Below, piece by piece: positions 1 to 11,086 of a stretch of DNA of 64,000 nt; the first letter of the stretch is position 1; each line of letters starts with the position of its first letter. The position numbers and the translations under genes are program-made. This DNA is from Coleofasciculus chthonoplastes F2-STO-03 (GTDB lineage: Bacteria; Cyanobacteriota; Cyanobacteriia; Cyanobacteriales; Coleofasciculaceae). The DNA is taken from assembly GCA_040222015.1 (NCBI GenBank), contig JAVJWO010000047.1, forward strand, positions 32,001 to 96,000. The letters are read 5' to 3'. The notes beneath the pieces are model-generated. The model made no database searches. It was not told the DNA's origin and saw only the letters and a program-made list of their open reading frames with translations.

Positions 1-1
1 T

Positions 2-670
2 ATATGTGAACATTTTCATCTCGATGAAACATTATTATTAGAAACTCATCTATTAACTCGTTCCGCTAAAATAAATCCTACGCTCTTTACTCATGATGGC
101 GCTGGATTTGGCGATAAAAATAGCTGGAATGAGTTAGCTACAGATAAATCTTTTTACCGTAACAAAAAGGTTGTCTTTTTAGTCCGTGACCCCAAAGATG
201 TAATTGTGTCAAGTTATTTTCATGTTACGAAACGACAACGCCGATTTGACGGTTCAATTTCTGAATTTATCCGAAGTGATATATATGGGATAAAAAAGAT
301 CGTCACCTTTTATAAGATATGGCTTGATAATCAGACAGTGCCAAAAGATTTTCTATTGCTTAAATATGAAAACATTCATCAAGATACGTCAAAAGTTTTG
401 CTTTCTTTACTGAGTTTTACTGGAGTTAAAAATGTTCCAGAAAATACAATAGAAACAGCCCTTAAATTTTCGGATTTTGAGAATATGCGGAAATTGGAAA
501 GTTCACAAAAGTTTTCCAAAACAAGTATGCAACCCGGAGATACTAACGATGAAGAATCTTACAAAGTGCGGAAAGGAAAAGTAGGTAGTTATTTAGAGTA
601 TCTTTCGCAAGACGATATGAATTTTATTAACCAAGTGATTGAGGAAGCAGGACATCCTTTGGGTTATTAG
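2..670 (+). CDS. Sulfotransferase domain protein (5' end outside window)
   Basis: Frame is open from position 2. It reads KKVVFLVRDPKDVIVSSYF (3'-phosphate-binding motif) and has a C-terminal RKGKVG motif. Confidence 0.8.
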   Translation: MCEHFHLDETLLLETHLLTRSAKINPTLFTHDGAGFGDKNSWNELATDKSFYRNKKVVFLVRDPKDVIVSSYFHVTKRQRRFDGSISEFIRSDIYGIKKIVTFYKIWLDNQTVPKDFLLLKYENIHQDTSKVLLSLLSFTGVKNVPENTIETALKFSDFENMRKLESSQKFSKTSMQPGDTNDEESYKVRKGKVGSYLEYLSQDDMNFINQVIEEAGHPLGY

Positions 671-1476
671 GGAATAGTCATCCCTTCTGGGCGAAGACAC
701 TCGGTTTCAGGTAAATGTCCAAAAATTTGCTCCGATAACATCCACACTTCTTCGTCCTCAAATAAAGAGCGATAGTTGGCATTATCAATCATCTTTTTCC
801 ATCGTTCAAGGACTTTCATTTCCGAGCCTTTCCCGGAATAATTAAAGCTGTCAAAGGAACTTCCAGCACCAGCACTATCAAGTCCGACAACACGGTTAAT
901 ACTACGATCGCTGTACTGTAATTCTAAAGCCGATGCAATCTGTTGTCGATAATCTTGATCGAGAAACCAGCGATTATAATTAATTACAATTTTAGGTTCT
1001 TTCAGGTAGGATGTGGTTGCCAAAAATTCTTGAGCATGCTCTTTCCAAATTCCCACAAATTTTTCAGGTTCGTGAGCGCCATATTTGTAACGAGGATGTC
1101 CCATGATAAATCCATGACTAGATGGATTAAATCCTTGATTGAGTTGTTGCTGAAGGCGACTGGCAAAAAGGTTAAATGGATCTCTCACAAGGAGTACATT
1201 AAACCGTTTGCCTGTCTTACCAAAATATAAGTCATGATACCGTTCTAATGGATCAGTAGACATTTCAGCAATAGAGCGATTTTCATGACTGCGAATCAGG
1301 AAAGATTTTCTGCGAAATCCTAGCTTCATCGGGCATTTAGCTACATTATTCCAATGGTCAACTTTACCCGGATACATCGATGAAATCCAGTCAATCACGG
1401 CATGATTACCACTTCTTGCCATTCCGTGAAAGCAAATTTCAATATCATTGACAATCAAAAAGAAGGGAACAATCAT
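667..1476 (-). CDS. Sulfotransferase-like P-loop protein
   Basis: N-terminal GMARSGNHAV (5'-PSB-like loop) and LLVRDPFNLFASR. Convergent with the previous gene, 4-nt overlap. Confidence 0.55.
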   Translation of the reverse strand: MIVPFFLIVNDIEICFHGMARSGNHAVIDWISSMYPGKVDHWNNVAKCPMKLGFRRKSFLIRSHENRSIAEMSTDPLERYHDLYFGKTGKRFNVLLVRDPFNLFASRLQQQLNQGFNPSSHGFIMGHPRYKYGAHEPEKFVGIWKEHAQEFLATTSYLKEPKIVINYNRWFLDQDYRQQIASALELQYSDRSINRVVGLDSAGAGSSFDSFNYSGKGSEMKVLERWKKMIDNANYRSLFEDEEVWMLSEQIFGHLPETECLRPEGMTIP

Positions 1477-1593
1477 AATTAGCTGTTATCAGTTTAAACT
1501 ATATGTTATATTGGTTTATACAGGCAATATATTACGTCTTGATAAAGGGGGAAAATGTTGAGTTCTAAAGCAGTTTTATCCTTGTCTACCTCC

Positions 1594-2214
1594 TTAACTT
1601 TCCCACGCTGAATGAAAAAAATCTCGTTCACATAGCATAGCATAGCGATAGCTGGATTTCACAGCGGCTGAAAGTTGGGCGTATTGATCCGTCAACTGCT
1701 CTAATTGCTGCGCTAACTGTTTAAACCCTGGATTATTATACGTGCGAATCCAATCCGTATAAGTGTGTTCGGGAATACCATCCTTTGCTAATTCTTGACC
1801 CAAAAAGGCATACAAGCGCATACAGGGTGTCATTGCTACTGTAATTAAACCAATCTCACTTCCCCAAGCTGTTGCCAACAAGAAGTCAGTATAACGCCGC
1901 GTCGCTATGGCGGGTTCAATCTGGTGTAAGTTGACTCCCCAGGCTGTGGCATAATTCTGATGCAGGCTTAGTTCTTCGAGAACACCGCTAGCAAGATTAT
2001 GAAAGGTGTTAAATCCATCCCAGTCAGGACATTTAGCGGCGGCTATACTATAAGCGCGAGCAAACGCTTCTAAGAAAAAAGCATCTTGACCAACATAGTA
2101 AGCAAATTTGCGGCGTTCAAGTGTCCCTGTGGCGATACCTTGGACAAAAGGGTGTTCTAGACACTCCTGTACCAAGGCTTGGTTAGATTTCCATAAATCG
2201 CTGCTAAGTGTCAT
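1594..2214 (-). CDS. tenA: TenA family protein (thiaminase II-like)
   Basis: HPFVQGIATGTL, YVGQDAFFL, PCMRLY, YTDWIRTY and ERDFF motifs; 206 aa. Confidence 0.9.
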   Translation of the reverse strand: MTLSSDLWKSNQALVQECLEHPFVQGIATGTLERRKFAYYVGQDAFFLEAFARAYSIAAAKCPDWDGFNTFHNLASGVLEELSLHQNYATAWGVNLHQIEPAIATRRYTDFLLATAWGSEIGLITVAMTPCMRLYAFLGQELAKDGIPEHTYTDWIRTYNNPGFKQLAQQLEQLTDQYAQLSAAVKSSYRYAMLCERDFFHSAWES

Positions 2215-2569
2215 AGCGCTTGTTTATTGCCATGGACTCAAATTTTGTTCGGGAAAAGTTGGCAGTTGTAAGACTGAAGGGATCGGCGTTTTGTCAAATC
2301 CACCGTCTACCGATAGATACACTGAGAATGTAACTGCGATCGCTAGCAGTAGTCTTTCTAGCATAACCCACTCCTCTGATTGTCGCTCTTTTGACCTGTC
2401 AACTGCCAGTATCTTCTCACTATCTGTGATTTCAATTAAGGAGCTGGTGATGCAAACCGTTAATTTTTTGTGATGATAGTCTAAGCTTTAGGTGATAGGA
2501 GTCATAGATTCTAGAGCGTCGGGTTTAGTTCTCACAGTTAGCCATCATCAAAAAGTCAAACGTCATGCC

Positions 2570-3142
2570 ATGAGATTTAAAGTCTTTCCCCCTCTCATCC
2601 TGTTTGCCTCTCTCTGGCTACACCCCTCAGCACCAGCCTTTAATCCAGCACACCTAGAACAATTGCGACAAACAGGTAGCTGTGTTGAGTGTGATTTGAG
2701 TGGAGTACAATTGCCGGATGCTCTCTTGAGCAATACGAATTTGAAGGGGGCTAATCTGGCTGGTGCTAATCTTATCCGCGCCGATTTAAGACGTGCCAAT
2801 CTTGAGTATGCAAACCTGAGTGGTGCGAGTCTGGTTTCTGCGAATCTTACGGATGCGAAGTTAACTGGAGCTAATCTGATTGTGGCTGCATTAATCGGTG
2901 CGAATCTAACTCGTGCGAATCTGGCTGGCGCTGGATTAAGTCTGGCTAAACTAGCGAATACTAACCTAGTTGGTGCCAATTTAAGCCTTGCTGAACTAAG
3001 GGCGGCGGATTTAAGTAATGCGAATTTGAGGGGGGCTGATTTGAGTGGTGCTGACTTGAGAGAGGCAGACTTGGATAATACTATCCTCAATAACGCTAAA
3101 CTTAGCTATGCGATTATGCCGGATGGTACTTTATTACCTTAA
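2570..3142 (+). CDS. Pentapeptide repeat protein with signal peptide
   Basis: A(N/D)Lxx repeats, CVECDL cap and MPDG C-terminus. ATG 2570 gives a signal-peptide-like N-terminus. Confidence 0.9.
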   Translation: MRFKVFPPLILFASLWLHPSAPAFNPAHLEQLRQTGSCVECDLSGVQLPDALLSNTNLKGANLAGANLIRADLRRANLEYANLSGASLVSANLTDAKLTGANLIVAALIGANLTRANLAGAGLSLAKLANTNLVGANLSLAELRAADLSNANLRGADLSGADLREADLDNTILNNAKLSYAIMPDGTLLP

Positions 3143-3194
3143 TTTGTTGATTGTTGATTGTTGATTATTTTACTGTTCCCTATTCCTAATTTAA

Positions 3195-3728
3195 ATGTCT
3201 AACTATTTATCAAATTTACGACATTTTCTGTATGGTGGGATCATTGTCCTTGGTGTCTGGTCTTATAGCTTGGCTGCTAACGCCTCAGAATCCGTCGTCT
3301 TAAAATATCGTTTTCTGCGAGAGACGATATCGGTTCCCGAACTCTCGACATTTGCCCAAACAGGTGAGTTATCACGTTCTCTACAAGCGTATCTGGATTT
3401 GGCTGGGAAGCAACCCGAAGAATTGCGGACGACTTTAACCCAACCCATTTCAGTTAATGGGATTATGCTTTCTCGGATTCTCAATACTCCTGTGGGAGAA
3501 GTAATGCTTGATCAAGTGAGTGAGGTGATTCATACTCCGACTAACCGGGCAAATCGCCAGTCGTTGCGATCTGCCTTAGTGATCTCGGCGCTCAATGATA
3601 ATCAAATCACCCTGATCGAAATCCTGGAAAACTACCCAACCGCCGATGTTCATGTTGAAGGCAATCGCTTAGCGGAAATCGTGCAACAAATTACCCGCCT
3701 GAGTGAGGGTATGCCTCAGATTTTTTAA
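3195..3728 (+). CDS. DUF1400 (alpha/beta hydrolase-associated) cyanobacterial protein
   Basis: Signal peptide followed by ASESVVLKY, ELSTFAQTGELS, LRSALV and ITLIEILENYPT. Confidence 0.75.
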   Translation: MSNYLSNLRHFLYGGIIVLGVWSYSLAANASESVVLKYRFLRETISVPELSTFAQTGELSRSLQAYLDLAGKQPEELRTTLTQPISVNGIMLSRILNTPVGEVMLDQVSEVIHTPTNRANRQSLRSALVISALNDNQITLIEILENYPTADVHVEGNRLAEIVQQITRLSEGMPQIF

Positions 3729-3928
3729 TAAGCCAGAGTCTCTAGGGTATCCCGCAAATACCGACGCACCCGATGCTCCAAGCTGCGATCTTGAAGGTGA
3801 TGGGCGGCGGGATGCTCCATTTGCCAGCGTTGAAATCCAGAACTGGCTGCGATCGCTTCTTTGAGATTGTCCCAAACTGGACTATCTGTGGAAATTTGGT
3901 TGGATTCGGATACAGTTGTGCTTTTCAT
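3725..3928 (-). CDS. Small conserved cyanobacterial hypothetical protein
   Basis: WDNLKEAIAASSGFQRW...VRRYLRDTLETLAY, a motif set I recognise from small cyanobacterial proteins. Confidence 0.7.
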   Translation of the reverse strand: MKSTTVSESNQISTDSPVWDNLKEAIAASSGFQRWQMEHPAAHHLQDRSLEHRVRRYLRDTLETLAY

Positions 3929-4091
3929 AAACCTTTATCGTGAGCTAAACAGAATGAGTTCGTAGCAATTCTTAACTGTTATTTGTATTTTTTAACCTTA
4001 TTCTCAGAATAACGGAGCTGGGTTGTTTAAATTGTTACATTTGCAACAACTGATTGCCAACCTACCCAAATTTTTGGGTAAGTCATGATTT

Positions 4092-4724
4092 TCAATCCAC
4101 TTGTTCAGGGGACGATTCAGCAGAGGAAGACTCTGGGGCGATCGCAGGTAAAATTTGTTTGACCCGAAACCCTGGTACTGTAAAGTTTTCCGGTATTTTT
4201 TCCACTGGATAAGGTTGAGTTGCTGCCCACTCCGCCTCGCTCGTGAATAGAACTTGAACCACACTCAAAGGCACTTGCAAAAATAAGTGGCTTGCCAGAA
4301 ACCCAACTCCTGCCAAAACCAATCCAGCGATGTGCCATTGAACTGTCCAGGGAACGAACCCTGCAGCGAAAGGAGCGATGCTATAAATTTGCCACAGTAC
4401 CCATACCATAAAACCTGCTGCCATAATCGTTAGCAGCGGGTTGGTTTTCCGGTTAAATAAGCTCAACAGTCGTCGCTGGGATTCCGTGAGGCGATCAGGT
4501 TTCAGAGCAACCACGAGCAGACTAAAAATGTCAAAGGGGCGGGTCAATTGCATCCACAAAATCGGTGCGATGCCGATAACTGCCACAATTAAGAGTTCTA
4601 GCCAGATAGGTAACAGGGGTTCACCCGTTGCCAGTCCTAGCGCGACAACCTCTAACGTTAGGGGCAGTGCCGCTAAACCAGCCAAATGTATCCACAAGAA
4701 CGGTTCAGACCAAAAAGAGCGCAT
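4092..4724 (-). CDS. Low-complexity-tail membrane protein
   Basis: About four hydrophobic segments, N-terminal EPFLWIHLAG and an S/E-rich tail; lies downstream of infB. Confidence 0.75.
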   Translation of the reverse strand: MRSFWSEPFLWIHLAGLAALPLTLEVVALGLATGEPLLPIWLELLIVAVIGIAPILWMQLTRPFDIFSLLVVALKPDRLTESQRRLLSLFNRKTNPLLTIMAAGFMVWVLWQIYSIAPFAAGFVPWTVQWHIAGLVLAGVGFLASHLFLQVPLSVVQVLFTSEAEWAATQPYPVEKIPENFTVPGFRVKQILPAIAPESSSAESSPEQVD

Positions 4725-4788
4725 TGGGTTGTCCTTTATCTTTGGTGATTAGTCCTTAGTCATTAACCAAGGACTAATCACATATCAC

Positions 4789-7700
4789 CTAAGTCGCTGA
4801 TAGAGTCCGGCGCTTGCTCACCATCTTATAGGTTTCGATGATGTCACCTTCAGTCCAATCATTGAATCTATCAATACGAATACCGCATTCAAATCCGGCA
4901 TTGACCTCTTTGACATCATCCTTCATCCGCTTCAGCGAATCAAGCACCCCTTCGTAGATCATTTGACCCCGACGTTGCACTCGGATCTTGCAGTTCCGCA
5001 CTGCTTTACCTGACTGTACGTAGCAACCTGCCACCGCACCGCGACCGACGGGGAAGACAGCTCGGACTTCCACTTGACCTAAGGGTTCTTCCACCAATTC
5101 TGGCTCCAGTAACCCTTCCATCGCCGCTTGAATGTCATCCAAGAGATTATAGATGATGTTGTATTCGCGCACATCAACACTCTCTTGTTCAGCAGCCGAG
5201 CGAGCGCCGTGAGCCAACGTGGTATTAAAGCCAATGATCACTGCACCACTAGCCGCTGCTAAGTCAACATCGGTTTCGGTGACTTCTCCAGCCGTCGCTA
5301 ATAGGACTCGGATTTGAACTTCATTTTGGGGTAATTGTTTGAGTGAACCCAGAATGGCTTCAACGGAGCCTTGCACATCTGCCTTCAGGATCAAGTTGAG
5401 TTCTTTGAGTTCCCCTTCTTGAGCTTTGGCAGAGAGGCTATTCAGGCTGACTCGACGGGACGACATCACCTGTTGCAGACGAGATTCGCGCTGTTCTTGG
5501 CTTCTCGTATCCGCAACGGCGCGAGCTTCTTTTTCTTGTGCAAAGACGTCAAACTCATCACCAGCAGCCGGGACATCACTTAAACCCAGTACCTCTACGG
5601 CAAAGGAGGGAGCCGCCTCGTCTACCCGTTTGCCTCGGTCATCGGTCATGGCTCGTACTTTACCGAAGACCGATCCCGCAACCAAGGTATCACCCACCCG
5701 CAGCGTGCCATTTTGCACTAACAATGTGGCAACTGGACCTCTGGATTTATCCAGGTTGGCTTCAATAACCGTGCCTTTGGCTAATCGGGCGGGGTTAGCG
5801 GAGAGTTCTTCAATGTCAGAAACGAGCAGGATCATTTCCAGGAGCGTATCCAAGTTTTCTTTTTGGATTGCACTCACTGGCACCATGATCGTGTCACCGC
5901 CCCATTCTTCTGGGACTAATCCATGTTCCATTAACTCCTGCTTCACTCGGTCAGGTTGTGCCCCTTCCTTGTCGATTTTGTTAACGGCAACCACAATCGG
6001 CACCTCTGCGGCTTTAGCATGGCTGATCGCTTCTCGGGTTTGCGGTTGCACCCCATCATCGGCGGCGACGACCAAAATGGCAATATCGGTCACTCGCGCT
6101 CCCCGCGCCCGCATCGCGGTAAAGGCTTCGTGACCTGGAGTATCCAGGAAGACCACCTGTTGGACTTTATCTTCATGCTCCACATCGACATGGTAAGCAC
6201 CGATGTGCTGAGTAATTCCTCCCGCTTCGCCTTGTGCCACTTTGGTTTCGCGAATGGCATCCAGCAGCGTGGTTTTACCGTGATCGACGTGACCCATGAT
6301 TGTGACTACAGGTGGACGCCGAACCAGGTATTCCAAGTCAGCCGCATCCAGCATTTCGGTCACTTTAGTGGCTTCCGATTCAGCTTCTTCTGTCTGAACA
6401 TCAACGCCAAGTTCTTCGGCAACCATTTGAGCGGTGTGCAGATCCAGGGTTTGGGTAATATTCACTGCCAATCCCTTGAAGAATAGCTGCTTAATCACTT
6501 CTGTTTCGGCAAGGTTCAACTTATTCGCCAGTTCTCGAACGGTTAGCGAATCGTTTAGCACAATTTGCTCGGGACGTTCAGCGACTTCTTGCTTTTCACG
6601 ACGGCGATCGCGACTTTCTGGTTTACTGCCGGTTTTAACTTCTGGCTTTTTCCTAACCTGACTGGCTGCCGTTGGTGGGGGAGTCTGTCCCGTTTGAGAT
6701 TTAGGTTTAGGAGGACGAGCGACCGACATACTGACTGCCAAAGGAGTGTCAGCTTGTTGGTAGTCACCATCAAACTCTTCCTCATCCTCTTCGATCAGTT
6801 TAGGTCGCCGCTTGAGCTTAGCCGCTTTTCCGGGTTTAGCTCCTTCGCGATCTTCTTCTTCATCAATCCATTCTCGTTTCTTCGACTGACGTGGCGGCGT
6901 GGGTCGTTTGACTTTAAGATTTTTAAGTTCCGGTGGTTCCAGAAGGGTTTCTACGCCCTCATCGACCTCGTCCTGCTTCTGTTCTTGATCACCCGAATCG
7001 ATAGCCGCCACTTCAGGACTCTCACCCGGACGAGTCGGTCGGGAGCGTTTGGGGGGAGATTGAAGTTTAGGAACAGGCTGAGCTGGAGGTTTCGGATGAG
7101 CTGGGGCGGGAGATTTAGCCGGAGTTTGCGGTTGAGGCTCACTCGTCGATTCAGACGGCTCAGAAAGCTTAGCTGTCTCGACAGGGGTCTCATCCGATCG
7201 CTCGCGCTTCAATTTCGGTCGTTCGACCTGGGTGGGTTGACTGGGTTTCGGTGACGCTGGTCGAACGGGGGGTTGGATAAGTTTGGGTTTGGCTTCCACT
7301 TCAGCTTTAGTATCGTTCTCCTGTGACCCTTGAGATGGAGTTGGTGTTTCTGTTTCTGTTTCTGACTCAGAATCGTCCTCCTGCAAATTCACTGGTGTCG
7401 TCGGTCGATTAAGCTGGGCGGGTGGACGCGGTGGATTCACAGTCGGCTTGACGGGGGGTTGAGAAGACTTTGACCCAGATTCTGATCCCTGGGAAGAGCT
7501 AAAACTGGAACGAGGCTTAGGTTTAACGCTCAAAATTTGCTGTTTGCGCTGATTATTATTGTTAGAGCGTCCATCTGCATGGTTAGCAGATGCTGAGGTT
7601 GTTTGGTCACGACCTTTGAGGCTAGTGATCCCCTCAGCATATTTTTCCGCCGCCGCTCTGATTCGCTCAGCTTCAGATTCTGTAATCGTGCTACTGTGAC

Positions 7701-7803
7701 TTTTGACTGCAATATGAAGTCCTTCGCAAATATTCAAAATGTCCTTGTTGTCCAAATTCAATTCCCGTGATAATTCGTAAATTCTGACTTTGCCGTTGTT
7801 CAT
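4789..7803 (-). CDS. infB: Translation initiation factor IF-2
   Basis: [13 protein letters not shown] and NKID GTPase motifs; IF2_N (KVRIYEL); long Pro-rich linker. Confidence 0.99.
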   Translation of the reverse strand: MNNGKVRIYELSRELNLDNKDILNICEGLHIAVKSHSSTITESEAERIRAAAEKYAEGITSLKGRDQTTSASANHADGRSNNNNQRKQQILSVKPKPRSSFSSSQGSESGSKSSQPPVKPTVNPPRPPAQLNRPTTPVNLQEDDSESETETETPTPSQGSQENDTKAEVEAKPKLIQPPVRPASPKPSQPTQVERPKLKRERSDETPVETAKLSEPSESTSEPQPQTPAKSPAPAHPKPPAQPVPKLQSPPKRSRPTRPGESPEVAAIDSGDQEQKQDEVDEGVETLLEPPELKNLKVKRPTPPRQSKKREWIDEEEDREGAKPGKAAKLKRRPKLIEEDEEEFDGDYQQADTPLAVSMSVARPPKPKSQTGQTPPPTAASQVRKKPEVKTGSKPESRDRRREKQEVAERPEQIVLNDSLTVRELANKLNLAETEVIKQLFFKGLAVNITQTLDLHTAQMVAEELGVDVQTEEAESEATKVTEMLDAADLEYLVRRPPVVTIMGHVDHGKTTLLDAIRETKVAQGEAGGITQHIGAYHVDVEHEDKVQQVVFLDTPGHEAFTAMRARGARVTDIAILVVAADDGVQPQTREAISHAKAAEVPIVVAVNKIDKEGAQPDRVKQELMEHGLVPEEWGGDTIMVPVSAIQKENLDTLLEMILLVSDIEELSANPARLAKGTVIEANLDKSRGPVATLLVQNGTLRVGDTLVAGSVFGKVRAMTDDRGKRVDEAAPSFAVEVLGLSDVPAAGDEFDVFAQEKEARAVADTRSQEQRESRLQQVMSSRRVSLNSLSAKAQEGELKELNLILKADVQGSVEAILGSLKQLPQNEVQIRVLLATAGEVTETDVDLAAASGAVIIGFNTTLAHGARSAAEQESVDVREYNIIYNLLDDIQAAMEGLLEPELVEEPLGQVEVRAVFPVGRGAVAGCYVQSGKAVRNCKIRVQRRGQMIYEGVLDSLKRMKDDVKEVNAGFECGIRIDRFNDWTEGDIIETYKMVSKRRTLSAT

Positions 7804-8213
7804 CCACTATTCCCCCGTCGTACATATTGTTACACCATAACTAAATGATTGAAAGCGTGCGTGGTCATTGGTTTCCGTGCCGGATTGGCTTAAATCAATA
7901 AGGTGTCTTTAAGAGTCTACTCGATAACTCACCAATAACTCATGTTACACAGGCGATCATTGATTGACTGTAAGCCAGTTGGATATCTCTACACTCTTAA
8001 TCAGAGCCTGGATAGTTAACTTACACAAATCTTAACAAAACTAGATGGATTTTCTAGATCCCTAGATCCTCAGTCTCTTCCTCAGGTAGGAGTTGTTAAC
8101 TTGATCAGGGTCAGACTCACCTCCGAACACCATTAGTAATGGTACTCCTTTACCATCCTAGCGATTGCTTAGGTTCATTGAGAGCCTTGCTGGAGTTTTT
8201 TGGATGCATTGGC

Positions 8214-8492
8214 TCAATCGCTGCGGCGTTGGATGCTCCAGGGACAAGGTTCTAAACGTTGCCATAATCGTTGATAAATTTCGTCGGGAACCGATGCCCT
8301 CAGCGCTCGTCCCAATCGATTTTTTTTCTGAGCCGCTGCCAGACAACTCGCTTGAGGACAGATATAAGCCGAACGTCCCATGCCCTGATCTAATTTTACC
8401 TGTCGCGATGGATGGATTCGCACAACTCGCCATAATGCTTGTTTTTGAGCCACCCGGCGACAACTTAGGCAACGTCGGTAATTGGGTTCCAT
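8214..8492 (-). CDS. ylxR: YlxR family RNA-binding protein
   Basis: PNYRRCLSCR and GRSAYICP...CL motifs; canonical position between nusA and infB; own ATG at 8492. Confidence 0.9.
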   Translation of the reverse strand: MEPNYRRCLSCRRVAQKQALWRVVRIHPSRQVKLDQGMGRSAYICPQASCLAAAQKKNRLGRALRASVPDEIYQRLWQRLEPCPWSIQRRSD

Positions 8493-8515
8493 AAGATTCG
8501 GACAATGATTTTGGT

Positions 8516-8732
8516 GACTGACTTGACTCAGCCACTCCCTTGCCTTGGTGGTCTTTGCCTGAGTAATGCAGATCTTCTGCAACTCGCTGTTTTTGGGCAG
8601 TTTCTCAGCCTGTCTACACAGGGCTAAGGCATCATTCCACACTACCCGAACACACCCAAATAGCCGTGCCAATGATTGACGCTGACCAGGGGTGGGATAG
8701 ATGCGATACTGATACCTTGATTTCATGCCCAT
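8516..8732 (-). pseudogene. Truncated IS200/IS605 tnpB N-terminal (HTH) fragment, in frame with ylxR
   Basis: MKSRYQYRIYPTPGQRQSLARLFGCVRVVWNDALA...WLSQVS is the typical TnpB N-terminus. No RuvC part follows. Confidence 0.85.
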
Positions 8733-8818
8733 CGCGTGTGTGTTCTCGACATTTTACCCCAAGGACTAAACTCTATCGCCCTTAAGGAATCTACCACCTT
8801 ACTTTGATCCTCCTAAGA

Positions 8819-10183
8819 TTAGGACAAAATATCCTCCTCTTCCTCGTCTTCAGCAAATTCTTCCTCATCTTCAGCAAATTCTTCCTCGGCTAAGGATTGA
8901 GGATTTGTCACCTTTGCCTCTAACTCGGCTGGTGAGGAAGTTTCTCTCTCTGGTTGCTCCTCATCCTCTTCTTCATCAGCGAGTTCGGCTTCCCTCTGTG
9001 CGATCGCGACTTGTAACTCCTGCATTTTCTGGTGTTCAGCTTCGTAGTCGTACTTGGCGATATCTTTAATATCAATCTTCCAACCTGTGAGACGAGCCGC
9101 TAGGCGAACATTCTGTCCCTCTTTGCCAATGGCTAAACTGAGTTGATCTTCAGCGACCAAAATGTGAGCCTGACGCGCTTCTGGATTCACCAATAAGACT
9201 TCCTCCACTCGGGCTGGACTCAGAGCATTCGCGATATAGGTAGCGGGATCAGGCGACCAACGAATCACATCGATTTTTTCGCCGCGCAATTCATTGACAA
9301 CCACTTGAATGCGCGATCCCCTAGCGCCGATACAAGCCCCAACGGGATCAACATCCCGCTCTAGGGTATCCACGGCAATTTTAGTCCGAGGTCCGACATG
9401 ACGCGAAGGTGGATTAGCTTCTCGCGCCACCGCCACGATTCGCACGACTTCATCTTCGATTTCTGGGACTTCATTGGCAAACAGATAGACCACTAAACCA
9501 GCCGAAGCTCGCGAAACCACAAGCTGGGGTCCACGGTGAGGACCTTCACGCACTTTTTTGAGAAAAACCTTAAAGGTACTACCAATGCGATAGGTATCGT
9601 TGGGTAATTGTTCGCGCTTGGGCAGTTCGGCTTCCACTTCCGGCTGACCAAAGCTGCTGCTAATCGCCATGATCACCGATTGCCGCTCAAATCGCAGCAC
9701 TCTGGCTTGGAGAACCGTTCCTTCTAACTCTTCAAACTCTTCTTGGATCAACTTACGCTGTTGATCCCGTAGTTTTTGGGAGAGTACCTGCTTGGTTTGA
9801 ATAGCTGCCATTCGACCAAAATCACGTTGATCTGGGGTAACATCCAGAACCACCGAGTCACCTAATTGTGCCTCTGATGCCACTTCTTGAACTTCTTTGA
9901 GGGAAATATGATGATCGGTGTTGCCAACTTCCTCAACAATGGTTTTGGTACAAAGAATGCGGAATCCTTCTTCTTCGATATCTAAATCGACTTCAAAGTT
10001 GTTAAAATACTCATCATCAAAATGAGGTCGCTCCATGCGTTGCGCTCGACGATAGCGCTCATAACCTTTGATCAGTGCTTCTCTCAGTGCCTGTTGGACG
10101 GCTGATTTGGGTAAATTATGGCTTTGAGAGATCTCTTCGATCATCTTTTTTAATCCTGGCAGATTAACGATAGACATAGGCAA
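8819..10183 (-). CDS. nusA: Transcription termination/antitermination factor NusA
   Basis: FGRMAAIQTKQV, DPVGACIGARGSR and AIGKEGQNVRLAARLTGWKIDI. Confidence 0.99.
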   Translation of the reverse strand: MPMSIVNLPGLKKMIEEISQSHNLPKSAVQQALREALIKGYERYRRAQRMERPHFDDEYFNNFEVDLDIEEEGFRILCTKTIVEEVGNTDHHISLKEVQEVASEAQLGDSVVLDVTPDQRDFGRMAAIQTKQVLSQKLRDQQRKLIQEEFEELEGTVLQARVLRFERQSVIMAISSSFGQPEVEAELPKREQLPNDTYRIGSTFKVFLKKVREGPHRGPQLVVSRASAGLVVYLFANEVPEIEDEVVRIVAVAREANPPSRHVGPRTKIAVDTLERDVDPVGACIGARGSRIQVVVNELRGEKIDVIRWSPDPATYIANALSPARVEEVLLVNPEARQAHILVAEDQLSLAIGKEGQNVRLAARLTGWKIDIKDIAKYDYEAEHQKMQELQVAIAQREAELADEEEDEEQPERETSSPAELEAKVTNPQSLAEEEFAEDEEEFAEDEEEEDILS

Positions 10184-10266
10184 ATCTCCATAAACTGTTT
10201 ATTAGGGGTCGTGAACAACAGAACCCATGCTCAACAATGACTAAATTCCATAAGATCTAAACAGGT

Positions 10267-10728
10267 TTAACCCTGCTCATCGAACAGTACTTTAGTCACT
10301 TGATCGCGAGGAATGGCGATCGCCCGTCCTTTTTGGTTGATATATACACGGGTATCATCTCGGCGAATTAATTTCCCTCGCCATTCTTTATGTCCTTGGT
10401 CAGGTTCAGCGGTGTTAACCACCACGGAAAATCCTTTAAATGCGATGAAGTCTCGGTCTGTCGTTAGCTCTTGCGAGATCCCAGGACTAGAAATTTCCAA
10501 AACATAAGCATCTGGAATCAGATCCACGGCATCTAGTTCAGCCTCTAAAGCCCGACTCATGCGTTCACAGTCATCTAAACCCGTATCGCCGTCGCGGTTG
10601 CGGATATCTACCCGAAGTACAGGGGGACGTCTGTTCGTGTGAAACACCGCCCCAACGAACTCCAATCCCAATTTTTCGGCTACTGGGGTTGCCAAATCGA
10701 TTAGTTGTGGAATCAGGGGATGAGTCAT
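10267..10728 (-). CDS. rimP: Ribosome maturation factor RimP
   Basis: [10 protein letters not shown] and YVLEISSPG; first gene of the nusA-infB operon. Confidence 0.97.
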   Translation of the reverse strand: MTHPLIPQLIDLATPVAEKLGLEFVGAVFHTNRRPPVLRVDIRNRDGDTGLDDCERMSRALEAELDAVDLIPDAYVLEISSPGISQELTTDRDFIAFKGFSVVVNTAEPDQGHKEWRGKLIRRDDTRVYINQKGRAIAIPRDQVTKVLFDEQG

Positions 10729-10742
10729 AGAAAAACTTCAAC

Positions 10743-10768
10743 AAAAAAAGTGGGTTCAACCCACCTCC
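10743..10768 (-). promoter_or_regulatory. rimP leader terminator-like hairpin
   Basis: Minus strand reads GTGGGTTGAACCCAC (hairpin) then TTTTTTT, ending about 15 nt upstream of the rimP ATG. Confidence 0.65.
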
Positions 10769-11086
10769 AGGTAAAATTTCTGCCAAGAAGCCTAGCAATA
10801 ATTAACACAATCTCTACCCTGCTTGTGTACTTGGGAACAGTTTTATAGCTCCCCCAGACGCCGACATCAGGATAGAGTGACTTCCGTTGCTATGTTCGAG
10901 TTTAGCGCAATCTTTGCCCGTTGTGGGATCGGATTACCACAAGCAAAGGGGGGTGAAGGTGGAGTGTTGACCCTTTGCTGCGCTAGTCGGGCATGGCGCG
11001 TGAGTGTTGACCCTTCACTTCCCCCATCTCCCAGACGTAGCATGAGGAGTCTCTACATGCTCCCCCAGCTTCCCCATCTTCATCAA

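Noticed and set aside
2563..3090. Antisense 175-aa ORF
   Set aside because: Shadow of the pentapeptide repeat gene.
5371..7254. Long plus-strand ORFs opposite infB
   Set aside because: Antisense shadows with no recognisable motifs.
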